Assembly: GCF_009914755.1 (NCBI RefSeq)
Contig: NC_060938.1
Strand: one strand, 5' to 3'
Length of the DNA stretch: 64,000 bases
Origin: the human T2T-CHM13v2.0 reference genome, Homo sapiens
In this document: positions 39,480 to 54,135 of the stretch, one piece after another
How the letters are laid out: the number at the start of each line of letters is the position of its first letter
Position numbering within the stretch: position 1 is the first letter of the stretch
Notes under the pieces: generated by a model
What the model was told of the DNA's origin: nothing
Databases searched by the model: none
The model's input: only the letters and a program-made list of their open reading frames with translations
Translations under genes and position numbers: made by a program

Positions 39480-39850
39480 ATGGCAAACACCAGAAACAAC
39501 CTAGATGCTTGTCAACAGAGATTTATTAAGTAAATTATGAAACCATCCATATGTGGGAGGTTAGGCAGTATAAATAGTTGAGGAAATGCAATCACAAATG
39601 CCATATATGCTTTGTTATTGAGTAAAAAGGACAGGTTACAGAATCTAAAATGTCATATCATCCCGTTTAAATGTATACACACACGCTCACATGGAATATT
39701 GTCTGGAAGGATAGATAACAAATGATTAGAGGTGATTCTTTGTGAGGAGTGGGAAATGACTGAAGGGCAGAAAACTTTCCTGTTTTTATTTATCATTCTA
39801 TTTGAATTTTTACAAATAAAATATGTTGTTTACATAAAATCATAAAAAAA
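39480..39850 (+). mobile_element. Very old L1 (L1ME-like) 3' UTR remnant
   Basis: 'aaacaacctagatgcttgtcaacagag...taaattatg...atccata'. Confidence 0.5.
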
Positions 39851-40159
39851 ATCCCCATTTTGGAGAATAAAAGTCAAGTTGTTTGAAAGAGTGTCGTCTT
39901 TCAGCCAGCCCCCATCTGAGTCCTTGGTTGAAGACGGAGATTTGCCAAAGTGGATAGAAACTGCCACATGGTGTCACAGGGGATTAGGTCTCCACTGGCC
40001 ACCCAGGCAGGTGGGTCTCACTGGTGGGAGCAGCAGCTGGGGGCAGACTGGGTGCGCTCAGTGTTCAGGGATTCTGGCCCTCCCTGCCCGGCCAGCCTGA
40101 GTCACCTGTGACATTGTGGCATATTTTTATTGTATTTACATGGCAAAAATTCTTTGTAA

Positions 40160-42237
40160 TGATATGTACATTTCCCAGCTCTGCATTCAGGAATGTCCAT
40201 CAGTAATTGGCCATAGGAGAATTTACACCACAGGAATCAGCAAATACTACAAATAAAAGCTTGATTTGTTATTTTGTTGATTGTCTACTATTAAAAATAA
40301 TGGGTAAGTGTTAACGATGCAGATTCAACTTAAAAGAGTGCTGTGTCTGTACTTGTTATATTGTGAATTGTACAAAAAAGAAAAAGAGAAAATATTCCTC
40401 CAATATTCAAAACCCATTTTATAATCCAGCAAAAAAGTAATTTATGCCATTGATAAACGAGTGAAGTTCTGGCACGTGTCTTCCTTGTTTCACTTTCATC
40501 TTACTCATTAACAGAAATGAAAATAACTATTGTTCATGGCAGGACTGTATTCCTTTGTCATTCACAACTGTAGATTGACTATGGCCTGAAAAAAGCTTTC
40601 TGTAAGAATCTATTGTTATAAAGCTGGAGGCATCAGGTTATCTGACTTCAAACTATACCACAAGCCTACAGTAAACAAAACAGCATGGTACTAATACAAA
40701 AACAGACACATGAACCCAGAAAAAAAAGCCACACACCTACAACCATCTGATCTTCAAAAAAGCCAGCAAAAGCAAGCAATGGAAAAAGGACTCCCTATTT
40801 AATAAATGGTGCTGGGATAACTGGCTAGCCATGTGCAGAAGATTAAATCTGGACCCTTTCCTTATACCATACACAAAAATCAACTCAAAGTGGATTTAAG
40901 ATTTAAATGTAAAACATAAAACTATATAAACCCTGGAAAATAACTTAGGAAATACCATTCTAGACATAAGCCCCGGCAAATATTTCATAATAAAGATGCC
41001 AAAAGCAATTGCAACAAAAACAAAAATTGGAAAATGTGACATAATTAAACTAAAGAGCTTCTGCACAGCAAAAGGAACTATCAACAGAATAAACAACCAA
41101 CCTACAGAAAGGGAGAAAATATTTGCAAACTATGCATCCAACAAAGTCTAACATTCAGGATTTATAAGGCACTTAAATAAATTAACAAGTGAAAAACAAC
41201 CCCATTAAAAAGCGGGCAAAGGACATGAACAGACAGTTTTCAAAAGAAGACATATGCATGACCAACAAGCATATGAAAAAATGCTCAATGTCGCTGATCA
41301 TTAGAGAAATTCAATTCAAAACCACAATGAGATACCATCTCCCACCAGTCAGAATGGCTATTATTAAAAAAAGTCAAAAAACAACAGATGCTGGTGAGGT
41401 TTCAGAGAAAAAGGAATGCTTTTACACTGCTGGTGGGAATGTAAATTAGTTCAGCCCTTGTGGAAAGCAGTGTGGTCACTTTTCAAAAAAACTTAAAACA
41501 GAATTACCTTTTGACCCAGCTATCCCATTATTGGGTATATATCCAAAAGAATAGAAATCATTCTGCCATAAAGACCCATGCACGTTTATGCTCGTTGCAG
41601 CACTTTTCACAATAGCAAACACATGAAATCAACCTAAGTGCCCCTCGACAGTATACTGGATAAAGAAAATGTAGTACACATATACCACAGAATACTATGC
41701 AGTCATAAAAAAGAATGACATCATGTACTTTGCAACAACATGGATGGAGCTGGAGGCCATTATCCTAAGCAAACTAAGGCAGGAACAGAAAACCAAATAT
41801 CGCATGTTCTCACTTACAAGTGGGAGCTAAACATTGAGTTCACATGGACACAGAGAAAGAAGTAACAAACATTAGGGCTTACTTGAGGGTGGAGGTGAGA
41901 GGAGGAAGAGGAAAAACTACCTGCCAGGTACTATGTTAATTATCTGGGTGATAAAATAACCTGTACCCCAACCTCCCATGACATGCAATTTACCATATAA
42001 CAAACCTGTACATGTACCCCGAACCTAAAATAAAAGTTAAAATAAATAAATAACAACATAAAAGAATCTATTATTATTACGGAATTTACATTAGAGTCCT
42101 GCATATTTTTAATTATTTGTCAATTGTGTCCTACACATTCTTTGTATCGCTAGATATATAACAAACTTACGTACATGTATAATTACGCATACTTTTTGTG
42201 GATTACTGATTATTAAATATTTACCAGCACAGCACTG
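40160..42237 (+). mobile_element. MER63B/C-like hAT element, split by an L1
   Basis: 'ttggccataggagaatttacaccacaggaatcagcaaatactacaaat' and end 'ttaaatatttaccagcacagcactg'. Confidence 0.75.
40620..42061 (+). mobile_element. 5'-truncated L1PA15/16-like element
   Basis: ORF2 C-terminus ([21 protein letters not shown]) and 3' UTR; 16-bp TSD aagaatctattgttat/aagaatctattattat. Confidence 0.93.
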
Positions 42238-42534
42238 CTCAGACTCCATTCTTGGTGATAATTGATCAGCCATGGCATTGGTATTTTTTGAATCTATCAG
42301 CTGCTACCAGCATGGAGAGGAGCTGAGAATCACTACCCTAGAAGAAGGTAGCAAAGAAGAGGAAACTACTAGCCTCTGGCCAAACATGAGACCCCCTGCT
42401 CCCACAGGTACAGCTCAGATTCTGAGCACTTTGGGGTTAGAGAGAGGGCGGCAGGTTTTAGGGAGAGTAGCCCCTTATTAAATAAGTCTGGCCTGTGGGT
42501 TCTACTCACTCTAACACAGTGGATCACAAGGACC

Positions 42535-42640
42535 TCCCCCTGGACTGAGAGCTCCTTAAGGGACAGGGCTATCTTACTTATCCCTGAAGACCTGGCACAT
42601 GGTGGATGCTTCTTGAATGTTGAGAAAATGAATTAATAAG
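42535..42640 (+). mobile_element. L2 3' end
   Basis: 'ctggactgagagctccttaagggacaggg...cctggcacatggtggatgc'. Confidence 0.7.
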
Positions 42641-44033
42641 TTGTATTAAGACATAGTTATTCCAAACATCCAATAATAATGCTTTGGATAAATCAATTAT
42701 GGTACCAAATTCAAAGGATTACTCTGCAACCATTAAAAATGATATTTAGTGAGATATGAAAATGCTTATGACATACTGTAATTGCAAACAGAAAGCTACA
42801 AAATAACATATGAATTACGAGCACAGTTTCGTTTTACAAGAAACACACAAAATTTATTCCCGAGTTTGACAGGGTATAAAATCAACTTCTGGCCTGTGTA
42901 TGATTCATGTTGGAGAAACAAATGCTTCCTGACTCTTTGGAATTTACTGAAACCTCATTCTCCAAGGGAAGAATTTGTTTAGTTCGTGATTATTTTCATA
43001 GCCATGGTATGGACTAGAAAGTGGGTGCTGGGATTTGGAGTAATATTTTGCCACAGAGAATAAAAGAGTCCTCCCTAAAGGCGGCCCCATGCCCTGTGGT
43101 ACATTCAGATAGGACATCTCACCAATTTAGATGTTTAGATATGACATCCACATGTTGTATTAGAACATACAGAAATATGATTCTGATATTGAGGGGGTTA
43201 GGGCTCATCTGTGATTAATCTTTTAAATTTTTGATCTTTTGAATCGTTAAATGTAATCTTTTAGTTTACATAACATTGATTGCCCACAGCTAAAAGGTTG
43301 GGAAGCACAGTGACCATCATCCCAGAGTTAGGAAGACTGAAAGGAAAGCTAAACTAGCTCCTTGAAAAGTCATGTAAACTATGTGGAATTCCTCCTGGAT
43401 GCATCCAGAAACTACTGGCTGGGACTGAGCAAAGATAACAGCTATTTAACATGCTTAGCAACACTCTGGAACTCAAATACACTTTACCAAATAAATCACT
43501 CACCATTATTCTAGGCCTGGGGCTCCCCTGGCATTGCAGGACAAACATGACTGTGTTCCCCTGCCAAGAATGAGAAAGCACAGCCAGCCAGCTCCCTCTG
43601 GAGCAGGGCATGAATTGGCGGTGGATGAAATTGGTCTTAGCTCATTCCTCAAGACCTTCCCCGCCCAGTCACTCAGTGTGTGGAAGTGGAAAGTGTTTAA
43701 CAAACAGGGTAGAATTAACTTCCAAAACAGAGGTAAAAACTCCCAGGCCACCCCTACCCTGCATCCTGTGGTGTACAACTACAGGAACTCAACAAGGGCA
43801 AAACACCACCAAGAACTCAAAGACGCAAGTAAGAGTTAAGTCTGACCTCACATGTCCCCCAGCATGCAGCAACTCAAGCAAACACATCCACTAAATCTGA
43901 AAAAATATATTTGAGAGAATGCTTACCCTTCCCGGTGACCCCAGAACATGTGAGCCCTTTACAATGTTGAGAAAGAAATGTGCCTTCAGGCCAGTTTTAC
44001 CGTCTAGGTAATTTCGTTTTGCATTTTAAACAT

Positions 44034-44176
44034 TTACTTTGTTGACTTTCTGTCTTAATGACCTGTCTAGTGCTGTCAGTGAAGTATTGAAGTCTCCCAC
44101 ATTATTATGTTGCCATCTATCTCATTTCTTAGGTCCAGTAGTAATTGTTTTATGAATTTGGGAGTTCTGGTGTTTT

Positions 44177-44222
<46 letters not shown>

Positions 44223-44316
44223 ATAGCTACAAAATATATATGTATATGTGTATAGCTACATATACATATATGTGTATGTGTGTGTATATATATATGTATA
44301 TATATATGTGTATATA

Positions 44317-44370
<54 letters not shown>

Positions 44371-47232
44371 TGTGATATTTTCCTGTTGGACTATTCCTTT
44401 TATCATTATACAATGTCCTTCTTTGTCTTTTTTCACTGTTGCTGCTTAAAAGTCAGTTTTGTCTGATATAGGAATAGCTACTTCTACTCTCTTTTGGCTT
44501 CTATTTGCGTGGAATATCTTTTGTCACCCCTTAAGCTTATGTGAGTCCTTATGTGTTGGGTGAGTATCTTGAAGACAGCAGATACTTGGTTGGTGGATTT
44601 TTATCCCTTCAGCCATTCCATACCTTTTAAGTGGAGCATTTAGGCCATTTACATTCAATGTTAGTATTGAGATGTGAGGTACTGTTCTATCCATTATGTT
44701 AGTTGTTGCCTTAATACCTTGTGGTTATTTCCATTGTATTATTGTTTTATAGGCCCTGTGAGATTTATGCTTTAAGTAGGTTCTATTTTGGTGTATGTCA
44801 AGGTTTTGTTTCAAGATTTAGAACTCCTTTTAGCATTTCTTATAGTGCTGGCTTAGTTGGGCAAATTCTCTCAGCATTTGTTTGTCTGAAAAAGACTATC
44901 TCTCCTTCATTTATAAAGCTTAGTTTCACTGGATACAAAATCCTTGACACACAATTATTTTGTTTCAGGAGGTTGAAGATGGGACCTCCATCCCTTCTGG
45001 CTTATAAGGTTTCTGCTGAGAAGTCTGTTGTTAATCTGATATGTTTTCCTATAGATTATCTGATGCTTTTGTCTCAAAGCTCTTAAGATTCTTTCCTTCA
45101 TCTTGACTTTAGATAACCTGATGACTATGTGCCTAGGTGATTATCTTTCTATGATGAATTTTCCAGGTGTTCTTTGAGCTTCTTGTATTTGGAGGTCTAA
45201 ATCTCTAGCAAGGCCAGGGAAGTTTTCCTCAATTATTCCTTCAAGTAAGTTTTCCAAACTTTTAGATTTTGATTCTTCCTCAGGAACGCCAAGTATTCTT
45301 AGATTTGGCCATTGAACATCCCAAATTTCTTAGAAGCTTTGTTCGTTTTTAAATTCTTTTTTTCTTTGTCTTTTTCTGATTGGGTTAATTTGAAAGCCTT
45401 GTCTTCAAGCTGTAAAGTTCTTCTACTTGCTCTAGTCTATTGCTGAAACTTTCCACTGCATTTTGTATTTCTCTAAGTGTGTCTTTCATTTCCACAAGTT
45501 GTGATTGTTTTTTTCTTTACATCTATTTCTCTGGAGAATTTTTCATCCATATCCTGTATTTTTTTTTAAAGTTCCTTAAGTTGGTTTTCACCTTTCTCTG
45601 GTATCTCCTTGAGTAGCTTTAATAATCAACCTTCTGAATTCTTTATCTGGCCATTCAGAGATTTCTTCTTGGTTTGGATCCATTGCTGAAGAGCTGATGT
45701 GATCTTTTGGGAATATTATAGAACCCTGTTTCGTCATAGTACTAGAATTACTTTTCTGATTCCTTCTCATTATTATTGCTCTTCTGGGTCTAGCCACCCA
45801 GTGGGGATACCAGGCTCTGAGCTTGTGCTGGAAGATGTCTGCAGAGTCCTATGATGTGACCTGTCTTCAGGTCTTCCAGCCGTGGATACCAGTGCCCACT
45901 CTGTGAGAGTCTTTGGTTGTAGATATGTTTAGTGTGCTGACTTTCTTGAATGCCGGTTATGCTAGTGATGAGGTTTCATGTGGACACCCGCAGGACCTCT
46001 GGTTAGCCAAGATATTGCAGGCAGCAAGATTAGGTGTTGTATTCTCCTTCCTGGGATCAAGGTCATTCTGTCCTGGGTTGTTATAATGACCTGAGTTGGT
46101 TGGCCTCCAGCCAGGAGGTGCTGCTTTCAGGAGAGCAACAGCTGCTGTAGTAGTAGGAGGCTCTAAGCTCTCTAGGCTTGCCCAAAGATGGCCAGGGTAA
46201 GTATTTTGATTTATCAGGCAATGGATAGGGCCTTAAAGCTTCCAAGAGTTTCTGGGTTTTGTGTTTGGCTACGAGGGCAAGTAGGGAAATACCATCAGGT
46301 CCAGGCAGGGTTAGGCAGGTCTAGGCTCACACTCTTCTTGTGGAGGGCTTACCATGGCCACTGTGGGGAATAGGGGAGTGTCTCTCAGGCCAATGGGGTT
46401 AGGTCCAGAGGGGATTATGACTGCCTCTGCCATGTCATGTAGTTTGCCAGGGAAGTGGGGGATAGTTGGTAGCGAGAGGCCTCACCCAGCTCCCACGTAG
46501 TTGGAAAGACTAGTCTTGCTCTTGCAGTGCCCCACTCAGACCTTGCCCCAGGCCATGAGCTACCCCACTGAGAAAGCAAGCACAGCTCTCAGACCTTGCC
46601 CCTCGCCCCTCCCATCTGCCCACTCTGACAGTGGCAGCTCCTGTGCTTCTGTGCTCCCTCACTCACTCATATCCAGCTCTTGCTCATCCCCTGGACTCCA
46701 CTCAAGAAAATGTGTGCCCAGTCGAAACCACAACCAATTTCAGTTGGGAGTTTCTTTTGTCCCACAACCCCTCCCCAGTTCCACTGGCTGCCTTCCCCAA
46801 GGGCCCCTGTGAGATATAAAAGCAATGGCTTCCCAGGGCTCGAGCTGGAGACTGAGAGTGCATTAAGGCTCTTCCCTTGAAGCTAACTGTACTTTTATAT
46901 TTCTTGCACCTCCCTAAACCCGTTTCATTTCTAGGTAAGGTTAAATCCTTCTCCTGTGATCTGGATTTTCAGATTCCGCAGTGGGGATGTGTGTTCAGAG
47001 GTGGATTTTCCCCCTCTCACACTTTGGGAACTCACAGTTTTTCACCTGTTTCATGGAATTTGCATCAGGGTGCCGCTTCTTTCAAAGGATCTGTGGATTC
47101 TTTTGGTTTTCCTGGTACGTTCCTACAATGGTTCTTGGAGCAAAAGATCATGGTGTGAGTCTCCACACACTGTTCTGTTCATCCATGTGGGAGCTGCATG
47201 TTAGCCCTGTCTCCTATCCACCATTTCTATCC
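44034..47232 (-). mobile_element. L1PB-type element: 5' UTR, ORF1 and start of ORF2 only
   Basis: 5' terminus 'agaaatggtggataggagacagggctaacatgcagctccc'; ORF1 N-terminus MRRNQKSNS...DKEFRRLIIK; endonuclease [21 protein letters not shown]. Confidence 0.9.
44181..44367. repeat. Compound (AC)20 / (TA,TG)n microsatellite
   Basis: Seen directly; pure (TA)n from about 44325 to 44367. Confidence 0.97.
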
Positions 47233-47419
47233 TTAAACATCATTAACTGAGTGGTTACTATATGCCAGGTACATAGTACAACACAGACGGTTCAGGTACA
47301 AAAATCAGAGGCAATTTCTTTCTTCTAGGAAATTTTAGTTCAGAAAGAGAGATAGGTAAAAATAACCACTGAATTTCAAACAAAGTTAACCAAGTAACCA
47401 TCATCACTCCATCATCATC

Positions 47420-47625
47420 ACATCTGCTAGCATTGATGGAGAGCCTGTTACTCTGGTGCTAGAGTACTCTACATGTATCACCTCATTTAATTCCCACAAT
47501 GACTTATGAGGAAGTTCCCATTATTGATTCCAGTTTACAGATGAGAAACAGAGACTAAGTAATTGCCCCAACATCTTAAAGCCAGCATGTGCCAGACCCA
47601 GTATAAAACTTGAGTCTGCCTCCAG
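47420..47625 (-). mobile_element. MIR SINE
   Basis: 'cctcatttaattcccacaatgacttatgagg...tttacagatgagaaacagag'. Confidence 0.8.
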
Positions 47626-47644
47626 AGTTTCTTTTTTTTTTTAC

Positions 47645-47743
47645 ATTATTATTTCTATTATTTATATTTCTATTATTTCTAATTATTTCTAATTTCTATT
47701 ATTTCTAATAATTTCTAATTATTTCTATTATTTCTATTATTTT
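47645..47743. repeat. AT-rich tandem repeat, unit about TATTATTTC
   Basis: Seen directly. Confidence 0.85.
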
Positions 47744-48124
47744 ACATTAAAATGGGATATGAGCAGACTCCCATGGGGCGGTGATGGGCAGAGCAATTCC
47801 GAGAAAGAAATCAAGGAAGGCTTTATGGAGGAGGAGGCACTGAGGCAGAGCTTTGAATGATGAGTTGAATTCCAAAAGGTGAGGAAGAAGGGTAATGGCA
47901 TCTTACACGGTAGAAGCTGCTGGGGGCTGGAGCCTCGGGTGCCCTGCAAGAGTAACCCAAAAGTTTGACCAGTGCTACAATAAATAAATTTTATTTAACA
48001 CTCAATGGCTACTTGATTATTGGTCTTCAAAGGAGGCCTCTCCTGCATGTTCTCACTTGTTATGTAACTCCTACAACTCGTCAAAACATAATCTCAAATT
48101 CCTCTTTAGTAATTGGAGAGTACC

Positions 48125-48451
<327 letters not shown>

Positions 48452-49819
48452 TCACTGCCCATTTTTATTTGAAACATTACCAGACACCAGAGGCTGACAC
48501 ATCAGGAGAGTGCTTTTGCCTCGTGAAAGCTGCCAGATAACAGGCTCAAAATGTAGCACTTTCAAAGTGCCAGCAAAGATGCTTGGGGACACTAAGATGT
48601 GGCTTGCCTTGCTTGGGGGCAGGCTGAGAGAAAACGCCCTGCTCACTGGCCTCCCCCCTTGTCCACCACGTGTCGCTTGGCAAGGGAGCCTTCGTGGACA
48701 CTTAGATCATGCTGCTTGGTGAAGGTGAAGCTGGGGAAGCAGGCAGGAGTGGATCCCAGAGGGCCTGGAAAGCCGCGCTGTGGAGTTTGGCCTTGCCCTG
48801 CAGACGATGGGCAGCCGTTGCCCGTTTTTGAAGAGAAGGGTATTATGATCCAAAGTATGTTTCAGGAAGAGAACTCTGGTTGTAGTCTAAAGAAGCTTTA
48901 ACATCCCTCTCTCCACAACTGATGAAACAACTTGACAACAACATTAACGACTTTGAAACAAAGTTGAGTAAGATGTAGATGAGCTAACAGTATCAATCAC
49001 CATGCTCAACAGCTGAAGGCTCTATCTTTCAGTGGACAATGTCTGTTTACCTGATGCTGGGTCATAAACTAAGTCTCAGTAAGTTTACAAAGATTTAAAT
49101 CATGCAGAGTGGAAGTAAATGGAAATAAATTAAAAATCAATGATAAAACTGTATCTAGAAATTCAACAAGTATTTGCACATTAAGCAACAAACTTCTAAA
49201 TAACCCAGAGGTCAAAGCAGAAATCACAAAGGAAATTGGAAAATATTTAAAACAGAGAGAAAAATCTGTGCAATAAAGCTAATACAGCGCTTGGAGATAA
49301 TGTATAGCTTTAAGTACTTACACTAGAAAAGAAGGAAGGTCTAAAGTTAATAGTCTAAGTTTCTACAGTAAGAAATTAGAAACAGAAAAGCAAAGTAAAA
49401 TCAAAGGAAATAGAAGAAAGAAGGTAATAAAGATAACAGCAGAAATAATAAAATAGAAACAGAAATACTACAAAGAAAAATAACAAATCCAAAAGTTTAT
49501 TCTGTGAAAAGATACAAGAAAAAAATAATAAACACCTAACTAGACTGACCAAAGAAAAAAATAAATACAAACTACCAGTAGCAGAAATAAAAGAAGGGTT
49601 TTTCTGCAGACATAACCAGACAGTGTAACTCTAATATCAAACCTAACAAAGATATTACACAAAAAGAAATTAGAGATAACTATGCCATATGAATATAGGC
49701 ACAAAAATCTTAATAAAATGTCAACATACCAAATCCAGTACTGTATCAAAAGTATAATGCATCGTGACTAAGTTGGTTTTATTACAGAAGTACAAAATTG
49801 ATTTAACCTTTAAAAATCA

Positions 49820-50286
<467 letters not shown>

Positions 50287-50590
50287 AAATACTACGGCCA
50301 AATCATACTTAATGGTGAAGTAGTTAATATTTTTATCTAAAGACCAGGAGTAAGGCAACATATATGCTATCATCTCTTCTACTGAATCCTGCACTGGAGG
50401 TTGTAACCATATAATAGGCAAGTAACAATCAAAAGACACAAAGGTAGGAAGGAAATAAATACAGCATTTTTGCAGATGACATCATTGTTTACATAGAAAA
50501 TGTTAAGCTACAAAACAACTACTAGAATTATAAAATGAATCTAGCAAGGTCACAAAATACAGGGCAAATATACCTTAAAAAATCAATCAA

Positions 50591-50902
<312 letters not shown>

Positions 50903-51758
50903 TAGCAGCAAACAATTTGAAATTTAAATTTAAAAAGTAATGTTATTTATCACAATATCAAAACCACAAATATTTATAAATAAATGTTTCTTTAAAAAAA
51001 TGGGCGAGATCTATACACTGAAGGCTAAAAAGCGTTGCTGTAAACGAGAGAAGACTTAGAGACAGAGCTAGACGATTGTTCATGAATGTCAAGACTCAAG
51101 TTTTGTAGATGTCAGTTTTCTTTTAAGTGATGTATGGATCTAATGCAATCCCAATAAAATCAGTTACAAGCAGACTTTTTTTTTTTACAGAAATTTGACC
51201 ATGTAGTTCTGAAATTGAATTGAAAGACCAAGAACCTAGAATATCTAAAGCAATCTTAAGAAGAGAGAACAAAGTTGGAGGACTTACACTATCTGACTTC
51301 AGACTTCAAGATTTACTCTAAAGCTATATTCATTAAGAGAATGTGATACTGACCCAAGGCTTGACAAACAGATCAAGGAAACAGAATAGACAGCCCAGAA
51401 ATAAATCCACACTTACATGGCTATTTGATTTTTGATAAAGTGCCAATATAATCCAATGGGGAAAGAAAAGTCTTTTCAATGAATTGTGGAACGATCGGAT
51501 AGTGATATGGAGGACAAAATGAACCTAGACCTCTGCTCCATACCAATAAGCAAAGCTAATTTAAGATAAATGGTAGGCATAAAGGCTAAAATAAAACTCT
51601 AAAAGAAAATAGGAAAATATCCTCATGATTTAGGGTAGGCATGAATTTTCTACACAGGACACAGCGACAAGCATAAACTTTTTTTTAATTGAAAAATCAG
51701 AATTTATCAAAATCAAAGCCTCTGTGCACCAGAAGACATTGACTAAAAATAAATAACT

Positions 51759-52073
<315 letters not shown>

Positions 52074-52606
52074 AGAATAACCCAGCCAAAGCCTGGAAGA
52101 AAATATTTTTACAACATATATCTGATGAAGCACTGGAACCCAGGATATATTTTAAAACTTCTATACCTCAATAACAAAAAGACAATACCACAAAAATTTA
52201 GCAAAAGATTTAAACAAAGACATTTCACAAAAGAAGATATACAAATGGCTGATAAGCATATGACAAAGTATTCAACATTATTTGTCATCAGGAAAATGTG
52301 AATTAAAGCCACAATTACATACCATTCATAGTCCTCAAGGAGCTAAAATTTACAAGTCTGACAATACCAAATGTTGGCAAACATGGAACATCCAGGATTC
52401 TTGTATACTTAAGCAGTATACATTCACACTCTATAAACTATTACTGTATTCGCACATGCAACTTCTTATAAAGTGCAGCATATGCTTACCTTATAATTGG
52501 GATTTCTGCTCCTAGGTATTTACCCAGGAAAAAAATGAAAGCATATATCACAAAACTTCTGCGTAAGAATGTTTTCAGTAGTTTTACTTAAAATATCCGC
52601 AAACTA

Positions 52607-52942
<336 letters not shown>

Positions 52943-53169
52943 TCAACAGGCAAATAGATAAATAAGTGTAGTATTTTATTACAATGGGATATTGCTCAGC
53001 AGTAGAAATAACCAATATACACAACACTGTGGAAAATTCTCGTAGACATATTGAACAAAAGAAGCCACACACAAAAGACCACACAATGCCTGATTCATTT
53101 TACATGAAGTTTGAGGACAGGCCAAACTAATCTATGGTAGTATAAATCAGAAAGTGGTTGCCTTTGAGA

Positions 53170-53459
53170 AGCTGGGTGCGGTGGCTCACGCCTGTAATCC
53201 CAGCACTTTGGGAGGTTGAGGCGGGCGGATCACCTGAGGTCAGTTCAAGACCAGCCTGGCTAACATGGCAAAACCCTATCTCTACTAAACAAACAAACAA
53301 ACAAACAAAAAGCTGAGTGTGGCTGTGGTGGCAACCACCTGTAATCCCAGCTACTTGGAGGCTGAGACAGGAGAATCACTTGAATCCAGGAGGCAGAGGA
53401 TGCAATAAGCTGAGATCATGCCACTGCACTCCAGCCTGGGTGACGACAAAACTCTGTCA
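53170..53459 (+). mobile_element. AluS with (AAAC)n linker and expanded tail
   Basis: TSD aaagtggttgcctttgaga/aaaatgattgcctttgaga encloses both the Alu and the purine tract. Confidence 0.95.
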
Positions 53460-53653
53460 GAAAGAAAGAAAGAGAAAGAGAGAAAGAGAGAGAGAGGGAG
53501 AAGAAGGAAGGAAGAAAGGAAGGAAGGAGAAAGAAAGATGGAAAGAAAGAAAGAAAGAAAGAAAGAAAAAGAAAGAAAGAAAGAAAGAAAAAGAAGGAAG
53601 GAAGGAAGGAAAGAAAAAGGAAGGAAGGAAGGAAGAAGGAAGGAAAGAAAGGA

Positions 53654-53701
<48 letters not shown>

Positions 53702-53705
53702 AAAA
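53459..53705 (+). repeat. Complex (GAAA)/(GGAA)/(GA) pure-purine short tandem repeat
   Basis: About 245 nt containing only A and G. Confidence 0.97.
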
Positions 53706-53984
53706 TGATTGCCTTTGAGAGGTGAAGGTTGACTAAAAGCGGCCATGAGGGAAATTTGTGGAAATGAAAGTATGCGTTCTCTTGATTGGAAGTTGGTTTT
53801 ATATATATACATATTTGTTAAGATCCACCAGATTGTACATTTAGGATCTGTGCATTTTGTGGGATGAAAATTTTACCTCAATTTAAAAAGAATTGCATAT
53901 ATAAATAAATATAAAAATGAGAAAGGAAATTTATACAGAGAATAAAATAATTGAACGGTTAAGCAGAAAAAGTAAAGAAAATAA

Positions 53985-54135
53985 ATATTAGAAAGGCATA
54001 GCTTCTCCCAGGCATATGGGCCCATGCTGCAGAGCATGGCTTGGAGGATTGAAAGCGAGCTTGATTTTAGCTTAATTCGTTCCTGGCTAGACACCCTTGG
54101 GCAGGGCGCCACCTGCACGATTCTACAAAGCACTT
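53985..54135 (-). mobile_element. MER91A-like hAT-Tip100 MITE
   Basis: 'gcatggcttggagg...gattttagc...cacccttgggcagggcgccacctgcacga'. Confidence 0.6.

Noticed and set aside
40620-47232. L1 3' piece (+) and L1 5' piece (-) as one twin-primed inverted insertion
   Set aside because: The + piece has its own 16-bp TSD inside MER63, appears to be a different subfamily, and is separated by about 2 kb of unrelated DNA
47645-47743. Periodic repeats as a CRISPR-like array (also 13068-13130)
   Set aside because: Head-to-tail tandem units with no unique spacers, in a eukaryotic context with no cas genes
53317-53812. Lys/Glu/Arg-rich and Phe/Leu/Ser-rich ORFs
   Set aside because: Translations of the GAAA/GGAA microsatellite; the same applies to the IY/HT ORFs at 44150-44466 and the IHPS ORFs at 30327-30660
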